Source: an uncultured Thermoleophilia bacterium (GTDB lineage Bacteria; Actinomycetota; Thermoleophilia; UBA2241). From it: a stretch of 64,000 nt of DNA. A program made the position numbers and the translations under genes. The notes beneath the pieces are model-generated. The model had not been told where the DNA came from, searched no databases, and saw nothing but the letters and a program-made list of their open reading frames with translations. The stretch spans positions 1,159,949 to 1,223,948 of the forward strand of contig CAVZSF010000005.1 in the NCBI GenBank assembly GCA_963777895.1. The letters are read 5' to 3'. Of the stretch, positions 20,282 to 30,070 are shown in pieces (the first letter of the stretch is position 1; each line of letters starts with the position of its first letter).

Positions 20282-21337
20282 ATGGGAAGCGCGCCGGCAC
20301 GACGGGACACGGCCGGCGAGCGGCGCCCGCCCGCCGCGCCGGATCCGCTCGTCGTCGACTACCTCGACCACCTGCGCTACGAGCGTGGCCTGAGCCCGAA
20401 CACTGTGAGCGGCTACGGCCGCGACCTGGCGCGCTACGAGGAGTACCTGCGGGAGCGGGGAGCGGCGGTCCTGGCGGCGCGCGAGGACGACGTCGACGCC
20501 TACTTCGCCGGACCCGGGGGGGAGGGGTCGACGGCGACTGTGGCGCGCCGGGTCGCCAGTCTGCGGGGCCTCTACGGCTACCTCGTGCGCGAGGAGCTCG
20601 TGAAGGACGACCCTACGGCCCGGCTGCGCACGCCCAAGCGGCGCCAGGACCTCCCCCGCGTGCTCTCGGTCGAGGAGGTCCTGGCGCTTCTCGCGCGCGT
20701 CGTGCCCGCCGGGCCGCTCGGCGAGCGCGACCTCGCCATGCTCGAGCTGCTCTACGGCTGCGGCCTGCGCGCCTCTGAGCTGCTCGGTCTCCGCGACGGC
20801 GACGTCGACCTCGAGGGCGGCCTCGTGCGCTGCGTGGGCAAGGGTGACAAGGAGCGCATCGTTCCCATGGGCGGGGCGGCGGCCGCGGCGCTGGCGCGCT
20901 ACCTGCGCGACGGGCGGCGCGCCCTGCAGCGCGGGCGCCGCCGTCCCGAGCTCTTCCTTAATGCGCGCGGCGGGCCGCTCACCCGCCAAGGCCTCGACTA
21001 CCTGCTCCGCCGCTATCTGAAGAAGGCGGGGCTCGAGGGCCGCGGCAGCACGCACACCTTCCGTCACTCGTTCGCGACGCATCTCCTCGCCGGCGGCGCG
21101 GACCTGCGCAGCGTCCAGGAGATGCTCGGGCACGCGAACGTGGCCACCACCCAGCTCTACACGCACGTGACGGTGGAGCACCTGCGCGAGGTCTTCCTCG
21201 AGACGCACCCCCGGGCGCGCCGTCGTGGCGGTCAGGCGGATGACGACTTGGATGCGGAACATGTTGCCGCGCCGGACCGGCCACCGGGCCGCGAGGCCCG
21301 ATCCAGGCCACGGCCGAGCGGGGAGGAGGACGCATGA
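20282..21337 (+). CDS. xerD: Tyrosine site-specific recombinase XerD
   Basis: An N-terminal SAM-like domain is followed by a catalytic domain with HTFRHSFATHLL, LLGHANVATTQLYTHV and the catalytic Tyr. Confidence 0.85.
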   Translation: MGSAPARRDTAGERRPPAAPDPLVVDYLDHLRYERGLSPNTVSGYGRDLARYEEYLRERGAAVLAAREDDVDAYFAGPGGEGSTATVARRVASLRGLYGYLVREELVKDDPTARLRTPKRRQDLPRVLSVEEVLALLARVVPAGPLGERDLAMLELLYGCGLRASELLGLRDGDVDLEGGLVRCVGKGDKERIVPMGGAAAAALARYLRDGRRALQRGRRRPELFLNARGGPLTRQGLDYLLRRYLKKAGLEGRGSTHTFRHSFATHLLAGGADLRSVQEMLGHANVATTQLYTHVTVEHLREVFLETHPRARRRGGQADDDLDAEHVAAPDRPPGREARSRPRPSGEEDA

Positions 21338-22467
21338 GCCGGTTCTTCGTGTGCGTGCTGGACGGCGTCGGCGCCGGCGAGCTGCCCGACGCGGCGGCCT
21401 ACGGCGACGTTGGCTCCTCGACCCTGCGCCACGTGCTCGAGGCTTCCCGCGTCGAGCTGCCGAACCTCGCGGCTCTGGGCCTCGGCGAGATCGTGGGGTC
21501 AGCACTGGGGGCGCCGCGCCCGGACGCGACCTACGGTCGCCTGCTCGAGCGCGGCGCCGGCAAGGACACCACGACGGGCCACTGGGAGATGATGGGTCTC
21601 GTGCTCGAGCGGCCCTTCCCGACGTACCCCGACGGCTTCCCACCGGAGGTGATCGAGCCCTTCGAGGCGGGCATCGGCAGAGGGATCCTCTGCAATCGGC
21701 CCGCCTCCGGAACCGCCGTCATCGACGAGCTCGGAGACGAGCACGTGCGGACGGGCAAGCCCATCGTCTACACCTCCGCCGACTCGGTCTTCCAGATCGC
21801 CTGTCACGAAGAGGTCGTGCCCGTGCCTGAGCTCTACGAGTGGTGCGAGCTGGCGCGCGGCATCCTGCAGGGCGAACACGCCGTCGGGCGGGTCATCGCG
21901 CGCCCCTTCCTCGGCTCCTCGGGGGCCTACGAGCGCACGGCGCATCGGCGCGACTACTCGCTGCCGCCGACCGGCACGACCTACCTCGACCTGCTGCACG
22001 AGCGCGGCGTCCCGGTCGTCGGCGTCGGCAAGATCGGCGAGATCTTCACGCAGCGCGGCATCGACGTGGACGACCACACGACGAACAACACCGCCGCGAT
22101 CGCGGCCTGCCTCCGTCACCTGGAGGAGATGGAGGACGGCCTGCTTTTCGCCAACCTCGTCGACTTCGACCAGGTCTGGGGCCACCGCAACGACGTCGCA
22201 GGTTTCGCAGCGGGTCTGGCACAGGTGGACGCGACCGTCCCGGAGTTCGAGCGGCGCTTGCGGCCTGGCGACGCCCTGGTGCTGTGCGCCGACCACGGCG
22301 TGGACCCGACGACGGCGAGCACGGACCACTCGCGCGAGTACTCCCCGCTGCTGGGCCTCGGCCTGCGTCCGGGACGCTGGGACGGCGCCCAGGAGGACGT
22401 CGGCGCGACGGCCTTCTGGCGGCTGACCGGCGAGGAGCCGGTCCTGGTCGGGCGGGCGATCCGCTGA
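21334..22467 (+). CDS. deoB: Phosphopentomutase
   Basis: The protein contains VLDGVGAGELPDAAAYGDVGSSTL, TGHWEMMG and YTSADSVFQIACHEEVVP. Confidence 0.85.
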   Translation: MSRFFVCVLDGVGAGELPDAAAYGDVGSSTLRHVLEASRVELPNLAALGLGEIVGSALGAPRPDATYGRLLERGAGKDTTTGHWEMMGLVLERPFPTYPDGFPPEVIEPFEAGIGRGILCNRPASGTAVIDELGDEHVRTGKPIVYTSADSVFQIACHEEVVPVPELYEWCELARGILQGEHAVGRVIARPFLGSSGAYERTAHRRDYSLPPTGTTYLDLLHERGVPVVGVGKIGEIFTQRGIDVDDHTTNNTAAIAACLRHLEEMEDGLLFANLVDFDQVWGHRNDVAGFAAGLAQVDATVPEFERRLRPGDALVLCADHGVDPTTASTDHSREYSPLLGLGLRPGRWDGAQEDVGATAFWRLTGEEPVLVGRAIR

Positions 22468-22542
22468 GCGGTCTGCCCGGACAAGGCTGATTGGAGTCGT
22501 GGGGCAGACCGTGAGAGCGACGCCAGCGGAAGAGCGGCGGCC

Positions 22543-23343
22543 GTGACCCGGCCTCGGGGGGACGGGACGCCGTTGCATGGGACAGCGGATGTGGCCGTGA
22601 TCTTCGGCTCGGGGCTTGCGGCGCTGCCGGCCGGGGCGCGGGTCGAGAGCGAAGCAAGCTTCGCTGCGCTCGGCTGGCCGTCGCTCGGCGTGCCCGGCCA
22701 CGAGCCTCGCGTGCTGCGCGTGGCGCTGCCCCTGGAGGGGTCGGCCGGGGGAGAGGCGGCGCTGGGCGCCGTCCTCGTCTTCGGCCGGCCCCACGCCTAC
22801 GAGGGCTGGAGCGAGGTCGAGCTCGAGCGGCCCCTGACGGACTTGGCCGCGGCCGGCGTACGCCGCGTGCTGCTCACCAACGCGAGTGGCAGCCTTGCGC
22901 CCGGCCTGTCGCTTGGCGACGTGCTGGTCGCGACAGACCTCGTCGACCTCCAGGCCGAGCTCGGGGTCGCGGCCGCGGAGCCGCCGCGGCTGCCGGTCTG
23001 CGGCCGGCCTGCCACCGGGCGCGTCGCGGCCGCCCTCGCCCCGGAGCTGAAGGCCCGCCCCGGTAGCTACGTCGCCGTGCCCGGCCCGCAGTACGAGACG
23101 CCCGCCGAGGCGGCCTGGCTCGCCCGCTACGGCGACGTGGTCGGCATGTCGACGGCGCCCGAGGTGCGGGCCGCCGGCCGCCTCGGCGTCGAGCTTGGCC
23201 TGCTGTCGGTCGTCGTGAACCGGGCGTCGGCCGTCGGGTCGCACGAAGACGTTGTGGCGGCGGCGAGCCGGCTGCGCGACCTGCTCGCCACCCGGCTCGC
23301 CGCCGCCCTCGTCGCCCGCTGGCCCGAGCTGACCGCGTCGTGA
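22543..23343 (+). CDS. punA: Purine nucleoside phosphorylase (PNP/MTAP family)
   Basis: The protein contains GVPGHEP, LLTNASGSL and VGMSTAPE. Confidence 0.8.
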   Translation: MTRPRGDGTPLHGTADVAVIFGSGLAALPAGARVESEASFAALGWPSLGVPGHEPRVLRVALPLEGSAGGEAALGAVLVFGRPHAYEGWSEVELERPLTDLAAAGVRRVLLTNASGSLAPGLSLGDVLVATDLVDLQAELGVAAAEPPRLPVCGRPATGRVAAALAPELKARPGSYVAVPGPQYETPAEAAWLARYGDVVGMSTAPEVRAAGRLGVELGLLSVVVNRASAVGSHEDVVAAASRLRDLLATRLAAALVARWPELTAS

Positions 23344-23390
23344 GCGGCCGCTGCTGATGCCCCGACTGACCCCCTGACCCGGAGGACCGC

Positions 23391-24680
23391 TTGGACGTCG
23401 TCAACGACATCATCGCCTGGAAGCGTGACGGGCACGAGCTCGACCAGCAACGCCTCTCCGCCTTCATCACGGGGCTGGTCGACGGGATGATCCCGGCCTA
23501 CCAGGCCAGCGCGCTCCTGATGGCGATGGTCCTCAAAGGGGTGACGGACCGCGAGACGGTCGCGCTGGCGCGCGCCATGGTTCAGAGCGGCAAGACGCTC
23601 GACTTGCGGGCGGTGCGGCGGCCCGTCCTCGACAAGCACTCGAGTGGCGGCGTGGGGGACAAGGTCACCCTCGTGCTGGCGCCGCTGGTCGCGTCGTGCG
23701 GCGGCGTCTTCGGCAAGATGTCGGGACGTGGTCTTGGCCACACGGGCGGGACGCTCGACAAGCTGGAATCGATCCCCGGCTTCAGGGTGCAGCTGCCGCA
23801 GGGCGAGTTCGTGCGGCAGCTGGAGCGGATCGGCGTGGGAGTCGTGAGCCAGAGCGAGCGCATCGTGCCCGCCGACCGCATCCTGTACGCGCTGCGCGAT
23901 GTGACGGCAACGGTCGAGAGCGACGGGCTGATCGCGGCCAGCATCATGAGCAAGAAGATCGCCAGCGGCACGTCGGCCCTCGTGCTCGACGTCAAGGTCG
24001 GGCGGGGCGCCTTCCTGCAGGACGAGGACCATGCCCGGGAGCTGGCGCGGCTGTGCCGGCTGGTCGGCGACGCCTACGAGCGCCCGGTGCACTGCGTGCT
24101 CACAGCGATGGACGCGCCGCTGGGCCGGGCGGTCGGCAACCGGCTCGAGGTCGAGGAGGCCTGGGACGTCCTGAACGGAGAGGGACCGGCGGACGTTCGC
24201 GAGGTCACGCTCGCCCTGGCGGCGGAGCTGCTCGCGCTGGCGGACCTGGGCATCGACCGGGCAGAGGGCCGGCGGCGCGCCGAGGAGGCGCTCGCCGCCG
24301 GCCGGGCGGCCGAGCACTTCGAGCGCTGGTGCTACGTGCAGGGCGGCCGCTGGAAGCCGGGGGAGTACCACCGGCTGGCCGGCCGCGAGATCAAGGCGGA
24401 GCGCCCGGGGTGGCTCGCCGGCGCGGACGCGCGCACGGTGGGGCTCGCGGCGCAGTGCTCCGGCGCGGGGCGAAGGCGAGTGGACGACGTCGTCGACTCG
24501 GCGGCCGGGGTGGTGCTGGCCAAGGTCGTGGGCGATCCGGTGGAGGCCGGGGAGCTGCTCGCGACGGTGTATGCGCGCGAGGCGGGCCGCCGCGACGAGG
24601 CGGCGGCCCTGCTCGCGCGCGCCTTCACCGTCGCCGACGAGAAGCCCAGTCTCGGACCGGTGGTCATCGGGCGTGCGTGA
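23391..24680 (+). CDS. deoA: Thymidine/pyrimidine-nucleoside phosphorylase
   Basis: The protein contains DKHSSGGVGDKVTL and SGRGLGHTGGTLDKLESIPG. A TTG start is preceded by GGAGGA. Confidence 0.85.
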   Translation: MDVVNDIIAWKRDGHELDQQRLSAFITGLVDGMIPAYQASALLMAMVLKGVTDRETVALARAMVQSGKTLDLRAVRRPVLDKHSSGGVGDKVTLVLAPLVASCGGVFGKMSGRGLGHTGGTLDKLESIPGFRVQLPQGEFVRQLERIGVGVVSQSERIVPADRILYALRDVTATVESDGLIAASIMSKKIASGTSALVLDVKVGRGAFLQDEDHARELARLCRLVGDAYERPVHCVLTAMDAPLGRAVGNRLEVEEAWDVLNGEGPADVREVTLALAAELLALADLGIDRAEGRRRAEEALAAGRAAEHFERWCYVQGGRWKPGEYHRLAGREIKAERPGWLAGADARTVGLAAQCSGAGRRRVDDVVDSAAGVVLAKVVGDPVEAGELLATVYAREAGRRDEAAALLARAFTVADEKPSLGPVVIGRA

Positions 24681-24767
24681 GCCCGGGCCGGGCGGGCGTG
24701 AGCGCCGGCGCGCGCAAGGGCTGGAAGCCTAGACGAGCGGAGAGAGGCGCAGAGTCAGAGCGTGCTG

Positions 24768-25085
24768 CTAGAAGCGCTTGCCCGGCAGTGCGTCGTCTGT
24801 CTCGACGGGCACGGGCACCTGGATCGGTGTGGCGCGAGAGGTCCGCAGGCGGGTGAGGAGCCACGAGCCGAGCAGCTGACCGGCGAGCGCGCCGCCGAGG
24901 CTCACCGGGATGTACCAGGCGCTGAGCCCGAGCTCCGTACGCAGCAGGAAGAGGAAGGGGATGGGAAGGTGGATCGACGCGAACCACTTCCAGGAGAGCC
25001 TCTTTACCGTGGCGCGCCACGCACCGAAGGGCACGTTGATGGCAACGGCGGCGATGACGAGGATGTAGGCGAGCGTGTCTGACAT
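24768..25085 (-). CDS. Small hypothetical membrane protein (105 aa, 2-3 transmembrane helices)
   Basis: The real start is the internal Met (MSDTLAYILVIAAVAINVPFG...) inside the longer ORF 24768..25763; the upstream extension is a shadow of the rsmD repeat. The gene is convergent with deoA. Confidence 0.5.
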   Translation of the reverse strand: MSDTLAYILVIAAVAINVPFGAWRATVKRLSWKWFASIHLPIPFLFLLRTELGLSAWYIPVSLGGALAGQLLGSWLLTRLRTSRATPIQVPVPVETDDALPGKRF

Positions 25086-25202
25086 GACGTTTAGAGCGGC
25101 TCCGCGCAGTATAGCCGACTTGGCAAGTCTTCTCGCCGCGGCGGTGTACCCGCTTTGCCGCCGGACGAGTCCAGCGGGGACGTGGCGCTGGGCGGGGGAA
25201 GC

Positions 25203-25925
25203 ATGAGGGTCGTCGGGGGCGCGTGGCGCGGCCGGCGCCTGGCGGCGCCCGCCGGCCGCGCCACGCGCCCCACATCCGACAAGGTCCGCGAGGCGATCTT
25301 CGATGTGCTCGCGACGATGCTCGACCCTGTGCCGCCTGAAGAAGCGCCCTCCGCGGGTCACGCCGTGCTCGGCCCTGTTGCGCTCGAAGAAGCACCCTTC
25401 GCGGGTCAGGCCGTGCTCGGCCCTGTTGCGCTCGAAGAAGCACCCTTCGCGGGTCACGCTGTGCTCGACCTCTTCGCCGGCAGCGGTGCGCTCGGCATCG
25501 AGGCTCTCTCGCGGGGCGCCGCGAGTTGCGCCTTCGTGGAACGCGATCCCGCCGCCCTCGCCGTGCTGCGCGCCAACCTCGCAGCGCTCGGCGTGGCGCC
25601 GCCCGCCGCCCGCGTGGCGGCGGCCGACGTGCGCCGCGCCCTGGCGGCTGACGCTCGGCGCGGCGCCCTGTATACTCTCGTGCTTGCAGACCCGCCCTAC
25701 GCCACGTTCGCGCGCGTGCAGGGCGATCTCGGGCGGTCGCTGGGTCCAGTGCTCGCGCCGCACGCCGTGATCGTCGTCGAGACCTCCCGCGGGGAGGACG
25801 TGCGGCTCCCGTGGCCCGTGGAGCGGGTCAAACGCTATGGCGACACGCAGGTGAGCTTCCTGGTCGCTTCCGGGGAAGCAGTCCCCGACGACCGGCCGGC
25901 GCGAAAGGAGAACGAGGGGGTCTGA
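25203..25925 (+). CDS. rsmD: 16S rRNA (guanine966-N2)-methyltransferase RsmD, carrying an in-frame tandem-repeat insertion
   Basis: The protein contains RPTSDKVREAIFDVL, LDLFAGSGALGIEALSRGA and DPPY. A 16-residue unit is repeated about three times between the conserved motifs. Confidence 0.85.
   Translation: MRVVGGAWRGRRLAAPAGRATRPTSDKVREAIFDVLATMLDPVPPEEAPSAGHAVLGPVALEEAPFAGQAVLGPVALEEAPFAGHAVLDLFAGSGALGIEALSRGAASCAFVERDPAALAVLRANLAALGVAPPAARVAAADVRRALAADARRGALYTLVLADPPYATFARVQGDLGRSLGPVLAPHAVIVVETSRGEDVRLPWPVERVKRYGDTQVSFLVASGEAVPDDRPARKENEGV
25338..25468 (+). repeat. 48 bp in-frame tandem repeat (about 2.7 copies) inside rsmD
   Basis: The unit is gaagaagc[gc]cc[ct][ct]cgcgggtca[cg]gccgtgctcggccctgttgcgctc, read directly from the sequence. 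Confidence 0.7.
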
Positions 25926-26422
25926 TGCCGCGCAACGTCACCGCCATCGTCCCCGGCACCTTCGACCCCGTCACCGTGGGTCATCTCGACATCATCACAC
26001 GGGGCGCTTCGAAGTTCGGGCGCGTGGTCGTGGGTCTCATCGAGAACCCCATCCGCAAGTGGCCCCTGTTCAGCCTGGAGGAGCGCGGCGAGTTCCTGCG
26101 CGAGGCGCTCCAGGACTACGACAACGTCGAGGTCGACTCGTTCAACGAGCTCGTCGTTGAGTTCGCACACAAGTGGGACGCGCAGGTCATCCTCAAGGGT
26201 CTGCGCGCCATTTCGGACTTCGAGTACGAATTTGCCATGGCGCAACTCAATAGGAAGTTGGCGCCCGACATCGAAACCGTGTTCATGATGGCCTCGCCCG
26301 AACACAGCTTCCTGAGCTCGAGCGGCGTCAAGGAGATCGCCTCGTTCGGCGGCTCGGTCGACGACCTGGTACCACCGGTCGTTGCCCGCCGTCTGCGGGA
26401 GATGCTTTCGCCGCGAGGGTAG
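25925..26422 (+). CDS. coaD: Phosphopantetheine adenylyltransferase
   Basis: The protein contains AIVPGTFDPVTVGHLDII. The ATG overlaps the rsmD stop (ATGA). Confidence 0.9.
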   Translation: MPRNVTAIVPGTFDPVTVGHLDIITRGASKFGRVVVGLIENPIRKWPLFSLEERGEFLREALQDYDNVEVDSFNELVVEFAHKWDAQVILKGLRAISDFEYEFAMAQLNRKLAPDIETVFMMASPEHSFLSSSGVKEIASFGGSVDDLVPPVVARRLREMLSPRG

Positions 26423-26498
26423 GGAAGCCGCCACTGGCGGGCTTTCGCGTGGTCCGACTGGGTCGGGCCGCGCAGTAGCCGAGGAGGGTTGCTGAACG

Positions 26499-26963
26499 AT
26501 GGACGTACTGGTGCTCATCGACAAGCTCGACGATCTGATCCACAACGCGAGGTCCGTGCCGCTCACCGACAGCGTGATGCTGGACCGCGAGGAGATCTAC
26601 GACATCCTCGACCAGATGCGCTCGACCATCCCCGAGGAGATCAAGCAGGCGCGCTGGATCGTCAAGGAGCGCCAGGAGATGCTCTCCGAGGCCAAGCAGG
26701 AGGCCGACCGCATCCTGGGCGAGGCGCAGGAGCGTGCCGAGAAGCTCGCCTCCGAGACCGAGGTCGTGCGTCTCGCCGAGAAGAACGCCCAGCAGATCGT
26801 CGAAGACTCGCACGAGCGTGAGCGTGAGATCCGCCTGGGAGCCGAGGACTATGCTGACGAGGTGCTGGGGAACCTCGAGATGAACCTCGACAAGTTCCTC
26901 GCCGCGGTGCGTCGCGGGCGCGAGCGCCTGCAGGGCCGCGGCGACAACGATCTCCAGTCCTGA
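26499..26963 (+). CDS. Conserved hypothetical coiled-coil protein (DivIVA-like)
   Basis: The protein is a charged helical 154 aa sequence (EIKQARWIVKERQEMLSEAKQEADRI...). Confidence 0.45.
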   Translation: MDVLVLIDKLDDLIHNARSVPLTDSVMLDREEIYDILDQMRSTIPEEIKQARWIVKERQEMLSEAKQEADRILGEAQERAEKLASETEVVRLAEKNAQQIVEDSHEREREIRLGAEDYADEVLGNLEMNLDKFLAAVRRGRERLQGRGDNDLQS

Positions 26964-27007
26964 CGGCGGGCATAGCTTCGCCCGCCCGCCTCTAGAGGGG
27001 GTCATCG

Positions 27008-27487
27008 ATGCGCCGTTTCGACCTGCGCTCCCTCCGCTTCGGCGAGGAGAGCGAGACTTGGCGTCGCCTCCCCGTCGAGGTCGCGCCCTTCACCTTCGGC
27101 GGGCTCGACTACTCCGTGCCCTCCGGCGTCGTCGACGTCGAGCTGCAGGCGGCGCGCGTCGGCGACAGGCTGACGCTGCATGCCCTCTTCGAGACGGAGG
27201 TCGACGGGGCGTGCCAGCGCTGCCTCGGGGACGCGCGCGTCGCCGTCGAGGGCCGCGGCCTTGAGTACGTCGCCCACGGCGAATCCGAGGTCGGTGAGGA
27301 CGACGGCGAGGAGGCCTACGTCCGCGGCTACGGCCTGGAGGTCGAACGCTGGGTCCGGGACCTGATCGCCGACGCCCTGCCGGCGCAGCTGCTCTGCCGC
27401 GAGGACTGCGCCGGACTGTGCCCGATCTGCGGCGCCGACCTGAACGCCGACCCGGCCCACAGTCACGACGAGGCAGCCTCGGGGTAG
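27008..27487 (+). CDS. yceD: YceD/DUF177 family protein (large ribosomal subunit rRNA accumulation)
   Basis: The protein has a C-terminal Cys cluster (CQRC...CREDCAGLCPICGADLN) and immediately precedes rpmF. Confidence 0.8.
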   Translation: MRRFDLRSLRFGEESETWRRLPVEVAPFTFGGLDYSVPSGVVDVELQAARVGDRLTLHALFETEVDGACQRCLGDARVAVEGRGLEYVAHGESEVGEDDGEEAYVRGYGLEVERWVRDLIADALPAQLLCREDCAGLCPICGADLNADPAHSHDEAASG

Positions 27488-27516
27488 AGGTACCGGGGGA
27501 AGTGGACCGCGACTCG

Positions 27517-27525
27517 TGCTAGAGT
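27517..27525 (+). promoter_or_regulatory. Extended -10 promoter element TGCTAGAGT for rpmF
   Basis: The motif lies 30 nt upstream of the rpmF ATG, and a GAGGAG ribosome-binding site follows it. Confidence 0.35.
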
Positions 27526-27555
27526 TTCCCGTCCGGTCCAAACGAGGAGAAGTGC

Positions 27556-27738
27556 ATGCCTGTCCCCAAGAAGAAGACGTCGTCGGCCCGGCGCGACAAG
27601 CGGCGTGCCCCGCAGAAGCTGACCGTCGACACGGCGAGCGTCTGCCCGCAGTGCAAGAGTCCCAAGCTGCCGCATCGCGCCTGCCCCAACTGCGGCACCT
27701 ACAAGGGCCGCGAGGTCATCGTCCTCGAGGCTGAGTGA
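27556..27738 (+). CDS. rpmF: 50S ribosomal protein L32
   Basis: The protein reads MPVPKKKTSSARRDKRR...CPQC...CPNCG. Confidence 0.9.
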   Translation: MPVPKKKTSSARRDKRRAPQKLTVDTASVCPQCKSPKLPHRACPNCGTYKGREVIVLEAE

Positions 27739-28817
27739 CCTCCGCGGGGGGCGCGGTGCTCAAGTCCCTCTACATCGCCTCCACCCAGGGGAGCGGCGGC
27801 AAGACGACCATCGCCGTCGGGCTTTCCTCGGCGCTGCAGCATCGCGGCCTCAAGGTCGGCTATTTCAAGCCGGTCGGCACCCTGCCGTCACGCACTGACG
27901 GCGGCGTGGTCGACGAGGACGCCGCCTTCGTCGCCGGCCTGCTCGGCCTCGACGACGATCCGGCCGATATCTGTCCGGTCGTGCTCGACGAGGAGGCCCT
28001 TCACGACGTGCTGGGGGGCTCCGACGTCGACGCCATGAGCCGCGTCGAGGTCGCCTATCGGCGCATCGCCGAGGGCCGCGACATCGTCGTCTGCGAGGGT
28101 CTCGGCGAGATCTGGCAGGGCCGCTTCCTGCACACCAGCGGCATGGATGTGGTGCGTCATCTCGAGCTGAAGACGCTGCTCGTGGCCAAGTTCGCCGGCG
28201 CGCGCATGCTCGACGACGTCATCTACGTGAAGGACGCCCTGAAGGACTACCTGCTGGGCGTCCTCTTCAACATGGTCCCCGAGACGCGGCTCGATCTCGT
28301 CGACGCGGAATACACGGGCTTTCTCGAGAAGAACGGCGTGACGAGCTACGGCGTGCTCGAGTCGAACAGCAGGCTGAGCGCCGTGTCGGTGGGCGAGATC
28401 GTCGAGGCGCTGGGCGGCACCTATGTGTGCGGTGACGAGTACGGCGATAAGGACGTCGAGACCTACATGATCGGCGCCATGAGCCCCGAGCACGCCCTGC
28501 GCTACTTCCAGCTCACGCCCAACAAGGTGGTCATCGTCGGCGGCGACCGGGCCGAGATCGTCCTCGCCGCCCTCGACACGCCCACGCAGGCCGTGGTGCT
28601 CACCGGCAACTACGTGCCGAGCCCGGCGGTGCTCGAGCGCGCCGAGGAGAACGGCGTGCCGCTCATCTCGGTCGAGAGCGACACGGTCACGGCGGCCGAC
28701 GGCCTGCGGCGTCTCTTCGGCCGCCTGCGCGTCAAGGATCCCGCCAAGATCGATCTCATCACAAAGGTCATCGAGGCGAATGTCGACCTCGACCGGCTGG
28801 TCGCCGACCTCAGCTAG
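27735..28817 (+). CDS. BioD-like ATPase with a DRTGG domain (phosphotransacetylase N-terminal domain-like)
   Basis: The protein has a P-loop (YIASTQGSGGKTTIAVGL). It sits upstream of plsX, where fapR or fab genes sit in other bacteria. Confidence 0.55.
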   Translation: MTSAGGAVLKSLYIASTQGSGGKTTIAVGLSSALQHRGLKVGYFKPVGTLPSRTDGGVVDEDAAFVAGLLGLDDDPADICPVVLDEEALHDVLGGSDVDAMSRVEVAYRRIAEGRDIVVCEGLGEIWQGRFLHTSGMDVVRHLELKTLLVAKFAGARMLDDVIYVKDALKDYLLGVLFNMVPETRLDLVDAEYTGFLEKNGVTSYGVLESNSRLSAVSVGEIVEALGGTYVCGDEYGDKDVETYMIGAMSPEHALRYFQLTPNKVVIVGGDRAEIVLAALDTPTQAVVLTGNYVPSPAVLERAEENGVPLISVESDTVTAADGLRRLFGRLRVKDPAKIDLITKVIEANVDLDRLVADLS

Positions 28818-28820
28818 GGG

Positions 28821-29993
28821 ATGGGTGTCGCCGGCACCGAGCGCTTCGTCTCGCCGCATGAGGTGACCGCGGCCTGGAACGCGGCGCTGATCGGCCGCAC
28901 CGTCCGTGTCGCCGTCGATGCCATGGGCGGCGACCACGCCCCCGAAGAGATCGTCAAAGGCGCCCTTGACGCCGCCGGCGACGGCATCCGCGTGGTCCTT
29001 GTCGGGGACGAGGCGCGCGTGCGGCGGCTGCTGCCGCCCGACGCGCGCCACGTCGACGTCGTTCACGCCCCCGACGTGATCACCTTCCACGACGAGCCCG
29101 CCAAGGCGGCCCGCACCAAGACCGAGTCGTCGCTGGTCGTCGGGCTGAAGCTCGTCCACGAGGGCGGCGCCGACGCCTTCGTGAGCGCCGCCAACACGGG
29201 GGCCGTCGTGGCCGGCAGCATCTTCTACGTGCGCCGTCAGCCCGGCGTGCAGCGGCCGGCCATCTGCACCATCATGCCGGCCGTCCCGAGCCCTGTGGCC
29301 TTCCTCGACGTCGGCGCGAACGCCGAGTGCCGTCCCGAGCACCTGCGCCAGTTCGCCATCATGGGGCAGGCCTTCGCCCGTGAGGTCATGGGCATCGGTG
29401 ACCCCATCGTCGGGCTGCTCTCGATCGGCGAGGAAGAGACGAAGGGCACCGCCGACGTCATCGAGGCGCACCGCCTCATCGCCGCCGACCACCGCGTGCG
29501 CTTCTACGGCAACATCGAAGGACGCGACATCATGAACCGCGTCGTGGACGTGATCGTGACCGACGGCTTCACCGGCAACGTGAGCCTGAAGACCATCGAA
29601 GGCTCGGCCAGGGCGATCATGACCGCCGTGAAGCAGGCCTTCGAGGCCAACCTCGCCACCAAGCTCTCCGGCGCCGTGGTGCGCAAGGAGATGTACCGCA
29701 TCCGCGACGCGCTCGACCCCGAGGAGTTCGGGGGCGCCTTCCTCGTCGGCATGCGCGCCCCCGTCATCATCTCGCACGGCAGCTCGTACCGCCGCGGTAT
29801 CGCCCAGGCCGTGCGGCAGGCGACGCGCGGCGTCACGAGCGACCTGCTGCCGACCATCGAGCGCGAGCTGGGCACGGGCGCCGGTGCTGCTCGCGGGGCG
29901 TCCGGCGGGGCCGCCGGCGAGGCCGGCGAGAAGGACCGAGCGGCCGCGAGCCACAACGACGGCGGGGCCGCCGGCGAGACGCTCGAGGCTTGA
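28821..29993 (+). CDS. plsX: Phosphate acyltransferase PlsX
   Basis: The protein contains VAVDAMGGDHAPEEIVKGAL and FTGNVSLK. Confidence 0.9.
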   Translation: MGVAGTERFVSPHEVTAAWNAALIGRTVRVAVDAMGGDHAPEEIVKGALDAAGDGIRVVLVGDEARVRRLLPPDARHVDVVHAPDVITFHDEPAKAARTKTESSLVVGLKLVHEGGADAFVSAANTGAVVAGSIFYVRRQPGVQRPAICTIMPAVPSPVAFLDVGANAECRPEHLRQFAIMGQAFAREVMGIGDPIVGLLSIGEEETKGTADVIEAHRLIAADHRVRFYGNIEGRDIMNRVVDVIVTDGFTGNVSLKTIEGSARAIMTAVKQAFEANLATKLSGAVVRKEMYRIRDALDPEEFGGAFLVGMRAPVIISHGSSYRRGIAQAVRQATRGVTSDLLPTIERELGTGAGAARGASGGAAGEAGEKDRAAASHNDGGAAGETLEA

Positions 29994-30070
29994 GCAGCGG
30001 GGCGCGCGGCGGTTCTCGCCGCCGCCCGCATGCTGTAGCATCCATCGAAACCAGACCCGGAGGTCACTGC

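Noticed and set aside
24664-25763. Minus-strand ORFs containing TREGCFFERNRAEHG repeats
   Set aside because: These are the reverse complement of the 48 bp rsmD tandem repeat. Only the C-terminal 105 aa membrane protein (24768..25085) looks genuine.
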